Shown: positions 10,453 to 19,594 of the stretch, piece by piece | Layout of the letters: each line of letters starts with the position of its first letter | Position numbering within the stretch: position 1 is the stretch's first letter | Assembly: GCA_027046625.1 (NCBI GenBank) | Contig: JALTXX010000003.1 | Location: 5,147-69,146 of the forward strand | DNA from: Candidatus Micrarchaeota archaeon | Lineage (GTDB): Archaea; Iainarchaeota; Iainarchaeia; JAADDC01 | Direction of reading: 5' to 3' | DNA length: 64,000 bases | Notes under the pieces: model-generated | What the model was told of the DNA's origin: nothing | The model's database searches: none | What the model saw: only the letters and a program-made list of their open reading frames with translations | Position numbers and translations under genes: made by a program

Positions 10453-10622
10453 GATTTCTTATGAGGAAGTGTGTAAAGTGCAAGATATACACATTCAAGG
10501 ATAGGTGCCCCTCTTGTGGAGCGGAAACAGCATCGGCCCATCCTCCGAGGTTTTCCCCTGAAGATAAGTATGGAAAGTATAGGAGACTTGCAAAAAAGAA
10601 ATGGGGGTTGGTAGATGTTTGA
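10449..10622 (+). CDS. nop10: H/ACA RNP protein Nop10 (57 aa; below the ORF-track size cut-off)
   Basis: Own translation: [57 protein letters not shown]. Zn ribbon plus Nop10 C-terminal helix. ATGA overlap with aIF2-alpha; stop overlaps the next gene. Confidence 0.75.
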   Translation: MRFLMRKCVKCKIYTFKDRCPSCGAETASAHPPRFSPEDKYGKYRRLAKKKWGLVDV

Positions 10623-11379
10623 ACTAAAAGAGATAAGGAGGGTAGAAGCTGAAGTTTTGGTAACAGGGTTGCCCGGATTTGGACGTGTGGGACACGTTGC
10701 AGCAAATTATTTGGTAGATAAGCTAAACCTAGAGCCTGTAGCAATACTACATTCACATGTGTTTCCCCATGCTGTGGTGGTGGATGAAAAAGGGGTGTTA
10801 AGATTATTGAACAACACATTTTACTATGTGGAAGCAGAAAGACCCTTCATTCTTCTTACGGGGGATGTACAACCCTCCATAGATCCCAACGCATCCCCAG
10901 AGCCCCATCATCTTTATGCAAAATTTGTACTGGATTATGCTGAAGAGAGGGGCGTAAAGGAGATATACACTATGGCAGGGATGGATATTGGCCCCTCAAG
11001 GTTTACAGAGGGAACAGGTACGGTGTGCGCAGCTACCCATGAAGATATTATAAAATCATTCACAGATATGGGCTGTGATATAGACAGGGGAGGCACCATT
11101 ACGGGTATTGCAGGACTCTTGCTTGGTTATGCAAAGGAAAGGGGAATGAGAGGCGCCTGTATTATGGGCAAAACCTCTGGACAAATGACAAACCATGGGG
11201 ATCCTGGTGCAGCAGCAGAGGTATTAAAACTTATGCAGAAGATTCTCGGCTTCTCAGTGGATTTAAAGGATTTAGAAGAGGCCAACAAAGAGATAGAGAA
11301 AGTAGTGAGAGGACTCATGACCGGCCCGCCAAAAGTCTCTGAAGAGAAGAAGAGAGAGAAGCTAGACTATATACAGTGA
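10615..11379 (+). CDS. PAC2-family (proteasome assembly chaperone-like, COG1938) protein
   Basis: 254 aa, [19 protein letters not shown]-terminus typical of PAC2/DUF75. Follows aIF2-alpha and Nop10 as in most archaea. Confidence 0.6.
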   Translation: MFELKEIRRVEAEVLVTGLPGFGRVGHVAANYLVDKLNLEPVAILHSHVFPHAVVVDEKGVLRLLNNTFYYVEAERPFILLTGDVQPSIDPNASPEPHHLYAKFVLDYAEERGVKEIYTMAGMDIGPSRFTEGTGTVCAATHEDIIKSFTDMGCDIDRGGTITGIAGLLLGYAKERGMRGACIMGKTSGQMTNHGDPGAAAEVLKLMQKILGFSVDLKDLEEANKEIEKVVRGLMTGPPKVSEEKKREKLDYIQ

Positions 11380-11776
11380 TAGGTGTGAGAAAGAGTACTA
11401 ATAACCTGTTTTCTAATAGAAGGAGAAGGGAAACCGCTATGGGTGTAGTAAAGATGGGAAACGAGAGAGAGGAAAGTAAAATAGCTGTGTAATTGTCTCC
11501 TCCTAGAAGTATGTGCAGGAACGATGCAGCAATACCTTTTATAAGATGAGTTTCCAGTCTCTCTAGATCTCCCCTTCTGGCATACTCGTTATAGGCGGAG
11601 GATGTGAATACAGAGAGGGATAACACAAGATTTGGAATGATGGTAGAGGGTGAAATAATTTTTAGGGAAGCAAAAAGCGACAAATATCCTACTACTAATA
11701 GGGAGAAGGCGTAACTTGATACTAGTACTATCACACACTGTGATAGAACGGACGGTTTTAAATGTATGGTGCCCAT
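11315..11776 (-). CDS. hypothetical membrane protein (possibly spurious)
   Basis: 153-aa hydrophobic ORF filling the 380-nt spacer between two + genes; no motif. Confidence 0.2.
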   Translation of the reverse strand: MGTIHLKPSVLSQCVIVLVSSYAFSLLVVGYLSLFASLKIISPSTIIPNLVLSLSVFTSSAYNEYARRGDLERLETHLIKGIAASFLHILLGGDNYTAILLSSLSFPIFTTPIAVSLLLLLENRLLVLFLTPITVYSLASLSSSLQRLLAGRS

Positions 11777-12991
11777 TACCTTAGTGTGATAGAATTAGCG
11801 TATACCACAATATTGGGAATATTCTTGCTTATATCCCTTTTGTACTATGTTATCACGGCTGCAAGCCTATCAATACAGAGGAAATACTATCCATCTAGTA
11901 GAAAAAAGCCCTTTGTAAGCGTCCATGTACCTGTATACAACGATATTATAGTTGGAAGGTTGTTGGATGCCCTAAAGAGGCAAAAGTATGAGCATTTTGA
12001 GGTTATCGTGGTGGATGATAGCGATGATCCTGAAACGAGACGTGTTATTGATGTATATGAAAAGGATCCAAGGATTAAGGTTATAAGAAGGGATAGGAGG
12101 GAGGGATATAAGGCAGGAGCCCTTAATGAGGCATTAAAACATTCAAAAGGAGAAATTATAGTGGTATTTGACTCAGATTTTGTACCTAGGGATAACTTCT
12201 TAGAGGAAGTAGTAAAACCCTTTGAAGACCCCTCTATTTCCTATGTTCAGGCCAGATGGGACTTTGAGAACCTTGATGAAAACCTTGTAACTGTGTTTGC
12301 AGGTGTTCCACTCCTTATGTATCACTATCTCTTCTATCCTCTTATGGACAGATTTGGAGTTCCCTATCTATCAGGTACTGCTATGGCCATAAGAAAGAAG
12401 GCACTTGAAGATGTGGGAGGTTGGAGGAACGGTACCCTAACAGAGGATGGGGACATGAGCATGAGACTTATTATGAAGGGTTACAGGGGAGCCTACCTCC
12501 ATTCTCCAGAAACACCTAGCCAGCTTCCGAGGGGATTGAAAACATTTTGCGTGCAGCAGCAGCGTTGGAGTACAGGAATGTTAGAAGCGTTATACCTTAA
12601 TGGGAAGGCCCTTATCTATTCTAAGAAGATAAACTTCACACAAAAGATGCTAGCCCTCGTTATACCCCTTCTAAACCTTATATTTCCTGTCGTTGCAATT
12701 ATTGTGGTAGTGTCCTTGTATCTATGGGGTGTAGGAGTTTCTCCTATCACACCTGAGATGGCACCCATCTTATTGTTGTTAGGTTCTGGTTATGTGGTGG
12801 CCGGTCTTGTATCCCTTTATAAGAAGGGAAAACTACACCTTTTCCCTCATTTTATCCTCTCTACCTACATTGTGGGACCGGTGTTAGCGTTCTACAATAC
12901 CTTAGCCATGGTAAAGAGAGCAATAACCGGTCACTTACACTGGGTGGTAACTCCCAAGGAGGTTAGAGCAGCAAATCCAACATACAGGTAA
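11762..12991 (+). CDS. membrane-bound family-2 glycosyltransferase (processive synthase-like)
   Basis: GT2 motifs VVDDSDD, FDSDF, QQRWSTG, with N- and C-terminal TM segments. Confidence 0.7.
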   Translation: MYGAHYLSVIELAYTTILGIFLLISLLYYVITAASLSIQRKYYPSSRKKPFVSVHVPVYNDIIVGRLLDALKRQKYEHFEVIVVDDSDDPETRRVIDVYEKDPRIKVIRRDRREGYKAGALNEALKHSKGEIIVVFDSDFVPRDNFLEEVVKPFEDPSISYVQARWDFENLDENLVTVFAGVPLLMYHYLFYPLMDRFGVPYLSGTAMAIRKKALEDVGGWRNGTLTEDGDMSMRLIMKGYRGAYLHSPETPSQLPRGLKTFCVQQQRWSTGMLEALYLNGKALIYSKKINFTQKMLALVIPLLNLIFPVVAIIVVVSLYLWGVGVSPITPEMAPILLLLGSGYVVAGLVSLYKKGKLHLFPHFILSTYIVGPVLAFYNTLAMVKRAITGHLHWVVTPKEVRAANPTYR

Positions 12992-13901
12992 GTGCATTTG
13001 GGCATGCGCCTGTAAGGAGAAGCACTGATAACTTTCCAAGGGTAAAGAACATGTAAGAAAGGAATAGCATAATGGGTACCAAGGACATAGCATCTACCAT
13101 TTTCCCTGTTCTAATTAGAGCACCTACAGCACCTGCTAATACTGCTTGAATGAGTACATACAAGGTTAGAATGTTATTTATAACCTCCGAGGTGGCAACC
13201 TTCTGTTTAAAAAACTCCTCTGATTGCATGCCACTTTTCACCATGTCCTCTCCAATTTTCATCATGAAGAGCTGTATACCCATGGACATACCCACTATTA
13301 GAGGTCCAAGCACAGCTGCAGACACAAATATAAACATAAACTGCATAGAAACTCTAGCCTTTCTCTCTTTCCTGATCTGATAAGTCTTCCTAATGTCTTC
13401 TGCAATCTCATCCAGTATATCTGCTACCCTTCCACCCGTTCTTAACGAATCTGTAATAATGAGGACCGCCTTTCTCAAGAAATCGGAATCTATCCTCATG
13501 GATAAAGAGTTTAGAGCTGCAATGAAGGATTTACCAGCCTCAATCTCCTTTAGCATAAGGGAGAACTGCTTTGATAGCTCTCCATACTCAGATGCTATCA
13601 CCTCTTTTATGGCTACCTCAAAGGTACCCCCAGATCTCAACACGGCTGCCATCTCCCTTAGTGCATCACCCAGATTTTCCTCGATGCTCTCCACAATCTG
13701 CTTTCCTTTTTTGTAGGGTGTAAACACAATAAACATTCCCACAATAAGTATGACAATACCGAACAGATAGTAGCCAGTGAGTATGAGAGCTATTCCTATA
13801 AGAGAGACCACACTACCAAGGGTTAGTATAAAACGGGCGTTTAGCTTGGGAAACGCTAGCTTTACCACATTCTCATAGTGTTTTATCCATTCAGCTGGCA
13901 A
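12963..13901 (-). CDS. T2SS-F domain membrane platform protein, TadC-like
   Basis: One GspF/TadBC domain (cytoplasmic helical bundle plus 3 TM); 312 aa. Confidence 0.6.
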   Translation of the reverse strand: MPAEWIKHYENVVKLAFPKLNARFILTLGSVVSLIGIALILTGYYLFGIVILIVGMFIVFTPYKKGKQIVESIEENLGDALREMAAVLRSGGTFEVAIKEVIASEYGELSKQFSLMLKEIEAGKSFIAALNSLSMRIDSDFLRKAVLIITDSLRTGGRVADILDEIAEDIRKTYQIRKERKARVSMQFMFIFVSAAVLGPLIVGMSMGIQLFMMKIGEDMVKSGMQSEEFFKQKVATSEVINNILTLYVLIQAVLAGAVGALIRTGKMVDAMSLVPIMLFLSYMFFTLGKLSVLLLTGACPNALTCMLDLLL

Positions 13902-15039
13902 GGGGATCAGACCTCCTTACAAAGATTGCTAGCACCAACATAAAGAAAGGAATGGCAACCAGGTATATAACCCTCAATGTCTCTGGTGGCATGCCAAAAG
14001 CTTGTAGAATGTTGTTCTGCATGGGGGCGTTGCCTATACCTGCTAGCATGGATAAAATAGCTGGAAACACAATACCTGCAAACATAAATACAACTCCGAT
14101 CATGTTTAGCTTTTCAGCAAATTCCCTTACTCTGTTTCTCTGTTCAAATGACAAGTCCTCTGCGATACGCTTTATAGCGTCTGAAAGGTTTCCACCAACT
14201 CGAAGTGATCTTAGGATCTGGGATATGGCCAGCCTTACCCATTTTGACCTGGATCTTAGTGCGAAACTCTCAAGAGCCTCTTCCGTTGTTTTTCCCTGGG
14301 AAATTTCTCTTAGTGTTCTTTTAAATTCCTCTGAGAGTACCTTATACCTTGCAGCTGCAATAGACTCCATGGCATTGTAGAGGCTCATACCAGAGCGGAT
14401 AACAACCGCCAAATGTCTAAGGGCAAAGGGTAGCTCCTTTTCCATAACGGAGGCTCTTTCATTGGTTTTCATGCGGGGGTAGGAAAGAGCAGCCCCAAAT
14501 GCTATTATAAAAACTATTAGAGGTGTTAGAAACGTGTTTAAAGCTGCAACAATAGGGTTGGAAGCGCTAATTACCATGAGTAATCCAACCGCAACAAGGG
14601 AAAGCAATGCCATAACGCTGGCAAATACAAGGGATATGATGACGTACTGTCTTGCTGTAAGCTTTATATTAGCTGCGTAGAGCTCAAAATCCAATTTTCT
14701 TAGCAATTCATTATTTGCCAGCTTTTCTAGTAGTCTATCATAGAGATTTTTGTACTTTTCATAGATTTTTCCAAAAAATCTTATGATATCCGAGGGGTGT
14801 TCAGTGAGAGGGACCGTAATCCTTGACATAATGGATCGTACAGTTATAATGTTGTGCACCGCAGTCTCGGCCTTTTCCTCTTTTTCCTCCATAACCTCTA
14901 CATTCTGCTTCTCTCTGTATTTCTCTATAATCTTCTCCACTACTTCCTCCGGAAGTAATTCATCTATCTGAACGCTTTTCTTTTCCTTCTTCTTTTTCCT
15001 CCTAAAAGCGTCCTTTATGCTGTCTAGGATTTTTGCCAC
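13891..15039 (-). CDS. T2SS-F domain membrane platform protein, TadB-like
   Basis: Single GspF-type domain with a K/E-rich N-terminal extension; 382 aa; overlaps neighbours on both sides. Confidence 0.6.
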   Translation of the reverse strand: MAKILDSIKDAFRRKKKKEKKSVQIDELLPEEVVEKIIEKYREKQNVEVMEEKEEKAETAVHNIITVRSIMSRITVPLTEHPSDIIRFFGKIYEKYKNLYDRLLEKLANNELLRKLDFELYAANIKLTARQYVIISLVFASVMALLSLVAVGLLMVISASNPIVAALNTFLTPLIVFIIAFGAALSYPRMKTNERASVMEKELPFALRHLAVVIRSGMSLYNAMESIAAARYKVLSEEFKRTLREISQGKTTEEALESFALRSRSKWVRLAISQILRSLRVGGNLSDAIKRIAEDLSFEQRNRVREFAEKLNMIGVVFMFAGIVFPAILSMLAGIGNAPMQNNILQAFGMPPETLRVIYLVAIPFFMLVLAIFVRRSDPLAS

Positions 15040-16610
15040 CGCTTCTTCCCCTCCTCAAAGTATCTCTGAAGCTCCTTTTTCAGACTTTTCATACCCTTTA
15101 TATTTCTCTTTACTAGCTCTCTAATGAAGTCTGCCCTTCTCTGTATTTCGTCCTCCAGATCAGAAATCTCGAGGGCGGTATAGTCCTTTAGAGTATTAAG
15201 ATACGCTACATGAGAGTCTACCTGTATCATAGTGTCCTCTTTGGGCTCCCACACAAAAATTGTCTTTATTTTAGCCTTTTCATCCTCCTTTATTACCTCT
15301 GCAATCTCTGTAACCCTTCTTATGCTTCCCTTTCTTCTATCGTGGATCCTGTGTTGCACTATAATGAAGTCCAGCGCTCCCACCATGATCTCTGGCACGT
15401 TCATGGGAGGGGATGTGATACGTATGATGGTTTCCTTTGCAGAGTTTGCGTGTATGGTGCCCATGCTCCCATCATGACCTGTGTTCATGGCGGTAAACAT
15501 GGTGGCAGCCTCTTTGTGTCTGACCTCACCTACTATAATTCTATCCGGCCTCATTCTAAGAGCATTTTTCACCAGTACGTCCATATCAACCTCTCCAGTA
15601 CCCTCTATGCTTGGTGGCCTGGTTTCTAATCTTACCCAGTGTTCTAGAGGGAGGTTAAGCTCTGCGGTATCCTCTATGCTTATAACCCTCTCGTAGGCAG
15701 GTATGAAAGCAGCCATTACGTTGAGGGTGGTGGTTTTACCGGAGCCTGTGCTACCCGCTATGAGTATATTTGCTGGTTTTGCACCCATTCCATCCACTGC
15801 CAGCCACATAAAGGCAGCAATATCAGGGTTGAACGTGCCAAACCTAATGAGATCTATGATGGTGTAAGGATCTTTTCTGAACTTTCTTATGGTAATGGTG
15901 GAACCATCTACAGAAATGGGGGGTATGGTAGCGTTAACTCTGCTTCCGTCCGGCAGTCTTGCATCAAGAAGCGGATTTTGTATATCGATTCTTCTCCCCA
16001 CATCCCTTGCGATCTTGTCTATAATGTCTCTTATCTCCTTATCATCTACAAAGACGATGTTGGTAAGCATCATACCATATTTCCTGTGAAACACGTATAC
16101 AGGCCTGTTAGGACCTATTACCATGATCTCTTCCAACTCGTCGTCATAGATAAGGTAATCTATGAGACCATATCCGATCATTTCTCTTACTACAATGTCT
16201 GCGTAGTATTCCTTTCTTCCTGGCGGTACACCAAGCTCAGGGAAATTCTCTATAATCTCAATAACCTTTCTTCTGTAGAAGTTCCTTCTTGCCTCGTAAT
16301 CTGTGAAGGTAGTTCCTCTAAGGGATACGAGGCGGGTTGTAGCATCCTTTAGAATGTTTATAATCTTTCTTTCGCTCTCTGTGGGCTTAGGAATAGGAAC
16401 CTTGTAGATTAGAAGGGGCTCTCCTTCCCTTTTTACAATCTTTACATCACCATACTCTGCAATTACCACCTCGGGTGCTTTAGCCTCCTCTTTTTCGGGG
16501 GCAATCTCTTCATGCTCTAAGGACTGTTTTTCCTGCTTCTTCTGGGTTGACTTGGCAGCCTCTATGAGCTCCTCTAAGTATCCCATCCCTTTTAGTAGGC
16601 TATTCTGCAA
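15024..16610 (-). CDS. type IV filament assembly ATPase (FlaI/CpaF/TadA family)
   Basis: Walker A AGSTGSGKTT, Asp box, His box, and GEVR motif; 528 aa. Confidence 0.8.
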   Translation of the reverse strand: MQNSLLKGMGYLEELIEAAKSTQKKQEKQSLEHEEIAPEKEEAKAPEVVIAEYGDVKIVKREGEPLLIYKVPIPKPTESERKIINILKDATTRLVSLRGTTFTDYEARRNFYRRKVIEIIENFPELGVPPGRKEYYADIVVREMIGYGLIDYLIYDDELEEIMVIGPNRPVYVFHRKYGMMLTNIVFVDDKEIRDIIDKIARDVGRRIDIQNPLLDARLPDGSRVNATIPPISVDGSTITIRKFRKDPYTIIDLIRFGTFNPDIAAFMWLAVDGMGAKPANILIAGSTGSGKTTTLNVMAAFIPAYERVISIEDTAELNLPLEHWVRLETRPPSIEGTGEVDMDVLVKNALRMRPDRIIVGEVRHKEAATMFTAMNTGHDGSMGTIHANSAKETIIRITSPPMNVPEIMVGALDFIIVQHRIHDRRKGSIRRVTEIAEVIKEDEKAKIKTIFVWEPKEDTMIQVDSHVAYLNTLKDYTALEISDLEDEIQRRADFIRELVKRNIKGMKSLKKELQRYFEEGKKRWQKS

Positions 16611-16624
16611 TAAAAGGTTGACGC

Positions 16625-17797
16625 ATGGTAAGTGTGATCAGTCCTCGGTTATGTATAAGATGTAAGGGGAGGTTGTGGTGCGGACTGAGCAAATGCCCTA
16701 TTCTAGAGGCAAAACGGCTGATAAAAGGGGTAAACAAAAGGGAATTGTCCGGCTATTCTCCGCCCTCCCTCCTAATAGGGTGGAGGGGATACCCAGAGGT
16801 AAACGTTACACCTATATTATCTGAGGAGCGATCAGATATAGCAGAGAACCCTTCTTATTGGGCTGGAAAGCTCTCTATTGAGGAGATACTAGATTTGAGA
16901 ATGAATATGGGTGGTGGCTCCCAGAGAAGACATGTTAAAAATATTCCAGAGGATACTATCTTGGATATAGCTCTTAGCAAGAAACCTATAGCTCTGGATG
17001 TAACCTTTAAACAACCACCAAAGAGTAGTGTAACATTTTCCAACCTATTTCCTCCCATTGGGTTTAGGGGAGAATTGGAACGTTTAGAAATAGCGGAGAA
17101 TCCCAAAATAGACAAGAGGGCAGAAAGCCTTTACTATGACGAAGTAAAGGCTAAAGATGCAGTTATATACCTGTATGAAAAAGGAAGGGATGTGTATGAG
17201 CTCTCCCGTTATCTATCATCAGGGATTTTTGGTAAGGAGAAACGACTAGTGCCTACAAGGTGGTCCATAACAGCGGTTGACGACATAATCTCGAATTATC
17301 TCCTTGAAAAAGTATCTACATTCCCTCCTATAGGCAGGATAGAGTTGTATACCTCTTCTCTCTATGATAACCACTTCTTTATCTTGTTTATTCCCGGTCC
17401 CTGGGCCTTTGAGCTTGTGGAGGCCTGGGCCCCAAAATCCTTCTGGAGTAGGGGAAAGGAGATTATAGTATCAGACTACGAGTTCGGAAGAAAAAGAAAG
17501 AACTACGCCTCTAATGTGGGTGGATCTTACTACGCCTCTAAGCTTGCAGTACTGGAAAAACTCTACGAGAAGAGGAGGGTGGCATCTGTTCTTATCTTAA
17601 GAGAAGTCAGGGAAGGGTATTATGCGCCTTTAGGGGTGTGGCAGGTAAGGGAGAATGTGAGACATGCACTAAGAAGAAACCCCCTCTACTTTGACAGCCT
17701 GAGAGATGCTTACAACTATATACTTTCTCGTAGTAGGGTAAAGAAGTGGAAGGAATACAGCATTCTTCTCAAAGGTGTTCAACAAAGAATAATTTAA
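16625..17797 (+). CDS. Nre-family (COG1602-like) protein with N-terminal Cys4 knuckle; putative DNA-repair-associated
   Basis: N-terminus CIRCKGRLWCGLSKCP followed by a conserved approx. 350-aa body; assignment from memory of the Nre N-terminal pattern. Confidence 0.35.
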   Translation: MVSVISPRLCIRCKGRLWCGLSKCPILEAKRLIKGVNKRELSGYSPPSLLIGWRGYPEVNVTPILSEERSDIAENPSYWAGKLSIEEILDLRMNMGGGSQRRHVKNIPEDTILDIALSKKPIALDVTFKQPPKSSVTFSNLFPPIGFRGELERLEIAENPKIDKRAESLYYDEVKAKDAVIYLYEKGRDVYELSRYLSSGIFGKEKRLVPTRWSITAVDDIISNYLLEKVSTFPPIGRIELYTSSLYDNHFFILFIPGPWAFELVEAWAPKSFWSRGKEIIVSDYEFGRKRKNYASNVGGSYYASKLAVLEKLYEKRRVASVLILREVREGYYAPLGVWQVRENVRHALRRNPLYFDSLRDAYNYILSRSRVKKWKEYSILLKGVQQRII

Positions 17798-18031
17798 GGG
17801 CAGCGGGCCGTAGGCCGCCTTCTGTATTGAGACGGGATTAGACTTAGCGGGCATTCGCCCTTGCACCCAACCCGGACCGTTTCAACCACACCACACATCA
17901 TGGGTAGGGGTACCTCATCCCTCCGTGTGGTGGGTGTCGTTTCTGTTCCCGGGAGTCCCTCACGGGACTTGTTTTTAGCGGGTGGGCGGACCTTCCTCAG
18001 GAGACCCCCGAGACCCGTCTGCCCGCTGCCC
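17798..18031 (-). ncRNA. rnpB: structured ncRNA, probably a miniaturised (type T-like) RNase P RNA
   Basis: GC-rich (approx. 62%) island in an approx. 45% GC context. Perfect 11-bp terminal helix (GGGCAGCGGGC / GCCCGCUGCCC). Minus-strand reading contains GAGGAAGGUCCGCCC (close to CR-I GAGGAAAGUCCGGGC) and ACAGAAAC (CR-IV-like), plus a candidate P2 pairing GACGGG / CCCGUC. No protein coding potential. SRP RNA was considered but no helix-8 AGCA/GNRA signature was found. Confidence 0.45.
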
Positions 18032-18077
18032 ATATCGGTGTAGGTGACACTCATCACCACTCAGAGGAAATATCTCC

Positions 18078-18542
18078 TCATCTCCATATACATAGGGTGA
18101 GATTTGTTTTATTACAGTTTCTCGGATCGTTGTTGGTAATACACAGGGAGAAATCCTTCTTGAATAGTATGTCTGCATCGATGGGACAAGAAGTGGAACA
18201 TCCTATGTTATTTGCTATAATACTGCCTTCTATAGCGCAGTTAAGCGTTTCTGGCATGAAATCTTTCTTATTTGCACTAAAGAAGGATTTTATGCATCCT
18301 GGAATCCTAAAATCCCCAATTTTACACGCCCACACTCCGTCGTCTACAGCGAGCTTAAAGATGGTGTGATAAGCAGCCAGCTCAATCCTTCTATACAGAA
18401 GATCCTCCGAAACAGCAGATGTAACACCGTACGCTGCTGTAAGGGCAAAGTGGGAGGCTGCTATAAACAACAACAGTGCCACAAGTACATCCATGGTAAA
18501 TATCTGACCTTTCAACAGCTCACCTCCCTGGATACAATCCAA
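18078..18542 (-). CDS. pilin-like protein with class III signal peptide (pseudopilin, Cys-rich C-domain)
   Basis: N-terminus ...LKG/QIFTMDVLVALLLFIAA (Q+1, D+5, hydrophobic helix); last gene of the pilin operon. Confidence 0.45.
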   Translation of the reverse strand: MDCIQGGELLKGQIFTMDVLVALLLFIAASHFALTAAYGVTSAVSEDLLYRRIELAAYHTIFKLAVDDGVWACKIGDFRIPGCIKSFFSANKKDFMPETLNCAIEGSIIANNIGCSTSCPIDADILFKKDFSLCITNNDPRNCNKTNLTLCIWR

Positions 18543-18778
18543 ATAAAGATACCTTCTCCGCTTGTATACCTAATACCTCCCTCCTGTATATTGTCTATGA
18601 CGACTCCTCCCACATCTGAGGCAATGTCCATGAAGTAGCTGTTTGCATCTGTTAGGTAGGAACATATGGCCACCCTCGTAGCATCCCTCACCTCTTCCCA
18701 GTCTGGTGCCACTGCTCCAATAAAGGTTGTGAGCAGGAAGAGGGCTAACACCATATCTACGGAGAACACACCCCTCAT
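18512..18778 (-). CDS. pilin-like protein (class III signal peptide)
   Basis: MRG/VFSVDMVLALFLLTTF N-terminus, 88 aa. Confidence 0.45.
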   Translation of the reverse strand: MRGVFSVDMVLALFLLTTFIGAVAPDWEEVRDATRVAICSYLTDANSYFMDIASDVGGVVIDNIQEGGIRYTSGEGIFIWIVSREVSC

Positions 18779-19056
18779 TATCCCGCCCTCACATTGATAC
18801 CTCTTGCTCTTAGCCTATCAATGAGCTCATTCGGACCTCTCAATACTAATCCTCTATCATAATAGAACCTTTCTACCTCATAAATCTTCATGCTTTCCTG
18901 TTCGAGGGCTACCTCCTCCCTTATCAGTACAGGAGTAGCCTTTATGAGAGCCCCTCCACCCTCTAGCGTGTCTAGCATGATGTTTATGGATATAAGAGCT
19001 CCTAGCACTACTGCAAGCACAAGTATAAGGAACTCTCCCCATACCTGGCCTTTCAT
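18778..19056 (-). CDS. pilin-like protein (class III signal peptide)
   Basis: MKG/QVWGEFLILVLAVVLG: Q+1, E+5; 92 aa. Confidence 0.5.
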   Translation of the reverse strand: MKGQVWGEFLILVLAVVLGALISINIMLDTLEGGGALIKATPVLIREEVALEQESMKIYEVERFYYDRGLVLRGPNELIDRLRARGINVRAG

Positions 19057-19436
19057 GGTATCCCACTCACCTCTCCGCCACTTATTTTTATCCTTGTAAA
19101 GGTGTTTATGGTGGGTCCGGAGGTAAATACCCTGTCAAGCGTTACAATACACTCGCCCCCGCTACACAGATCCGTTGTAACCCTTGCCTCTAACCTCCTT
19201 AGGTCTATTGTGGTGTTTGGCGGTACCCACACACCCATCTTTACCATACCATCTGATACATCCGTAAATTCCCCAGCTGCCTTTACCCTGAGTAGACTCA
19301 CCCTTGCAGAGAGAACATTCCTTATATCGTCCTGCATGTTAATAACATCGTTTATATGGATGGTTGTGAGAGCTATGTACCCTCCCAGCAACACCATTAC
19401 TAGGATACCATACTCTATGGCTATAATACCTTTCAC
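19053..19436 (-). CDS. TadE/Flp-like pseudopilin
   Basis: MKG/IIAIEYGILVMVLLGG matches the bacterial Flp/TadE motif G/xxxxEY-G-hydrophobic; 127 aa. Confidence 0.6.
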   Translation of the reverse strand: MKGIIAIEYGILVMVLLGGYIALTTIHINDVINMQDDIRNVLSARVSLLRVKAAGEFTDVSDGMVKMGVWVPPNTTIDLRRLEARVTTDLCSGGECIVTLDRVFTSGPTINTFTRIKISGGEVSGIP

Positions 19437-19594
19437 TTTAGTCCCTCCAGTATGACGTCCTTCACGTCAAGCGCTTTTAGTATCTCTGTTTTCATGGCGT
19501 TGGCAAGTGTAAATAGTCCCCCGGCAGCTATAAGAGCCAGAAGGACTCCAATACCCACCATGATAAGATACTCTATATGAACCTGAGATCTCAT
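19433..19594 (-). CDS. Flp-type major pilin (53 aa; not on ORF track)
   Basis: Own translation: MRSQVHIEYLIMVGIGVLLALIAAGGLFTLANAMKTEILKALDVKDVILEGLK. Q+1, E+5, Y+6; ATGA overlaps on both sides. Confidence 0.6.
   Translation of the reverse strand: MRSQVHIEYLIMVGIGVLLALIAAGGLFTLANAMKTEILKALDVKDVILEGLK

Noticed and set aside
11315-11776. Antisense and overlapping minus-strand ORFs listed on the track (e.g. 95-430, 408-836, 1137-2714 series, 10277-10819, 37608-37931, 32383-32712 inside rRNA)
   Set aside because: They lie inside well-supported genes or the rRNA on the opposite strand and are low-complexity (S/L/P-rich), so they were treated as spurious. 11315-11776 is kept only as a low-confidence membrane ORF because it fills an otherwise empty spacer.
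17798-18031. SRP (7S) RNA as the identity of the structured RNA
   Set aside because: Too short for archaeal 7S RNA (about 300 nt) and no helix-8 AGCA / GNRA-tetraloop signature on either strand. CR-I-like and ACAGAA elements favour RNase P.
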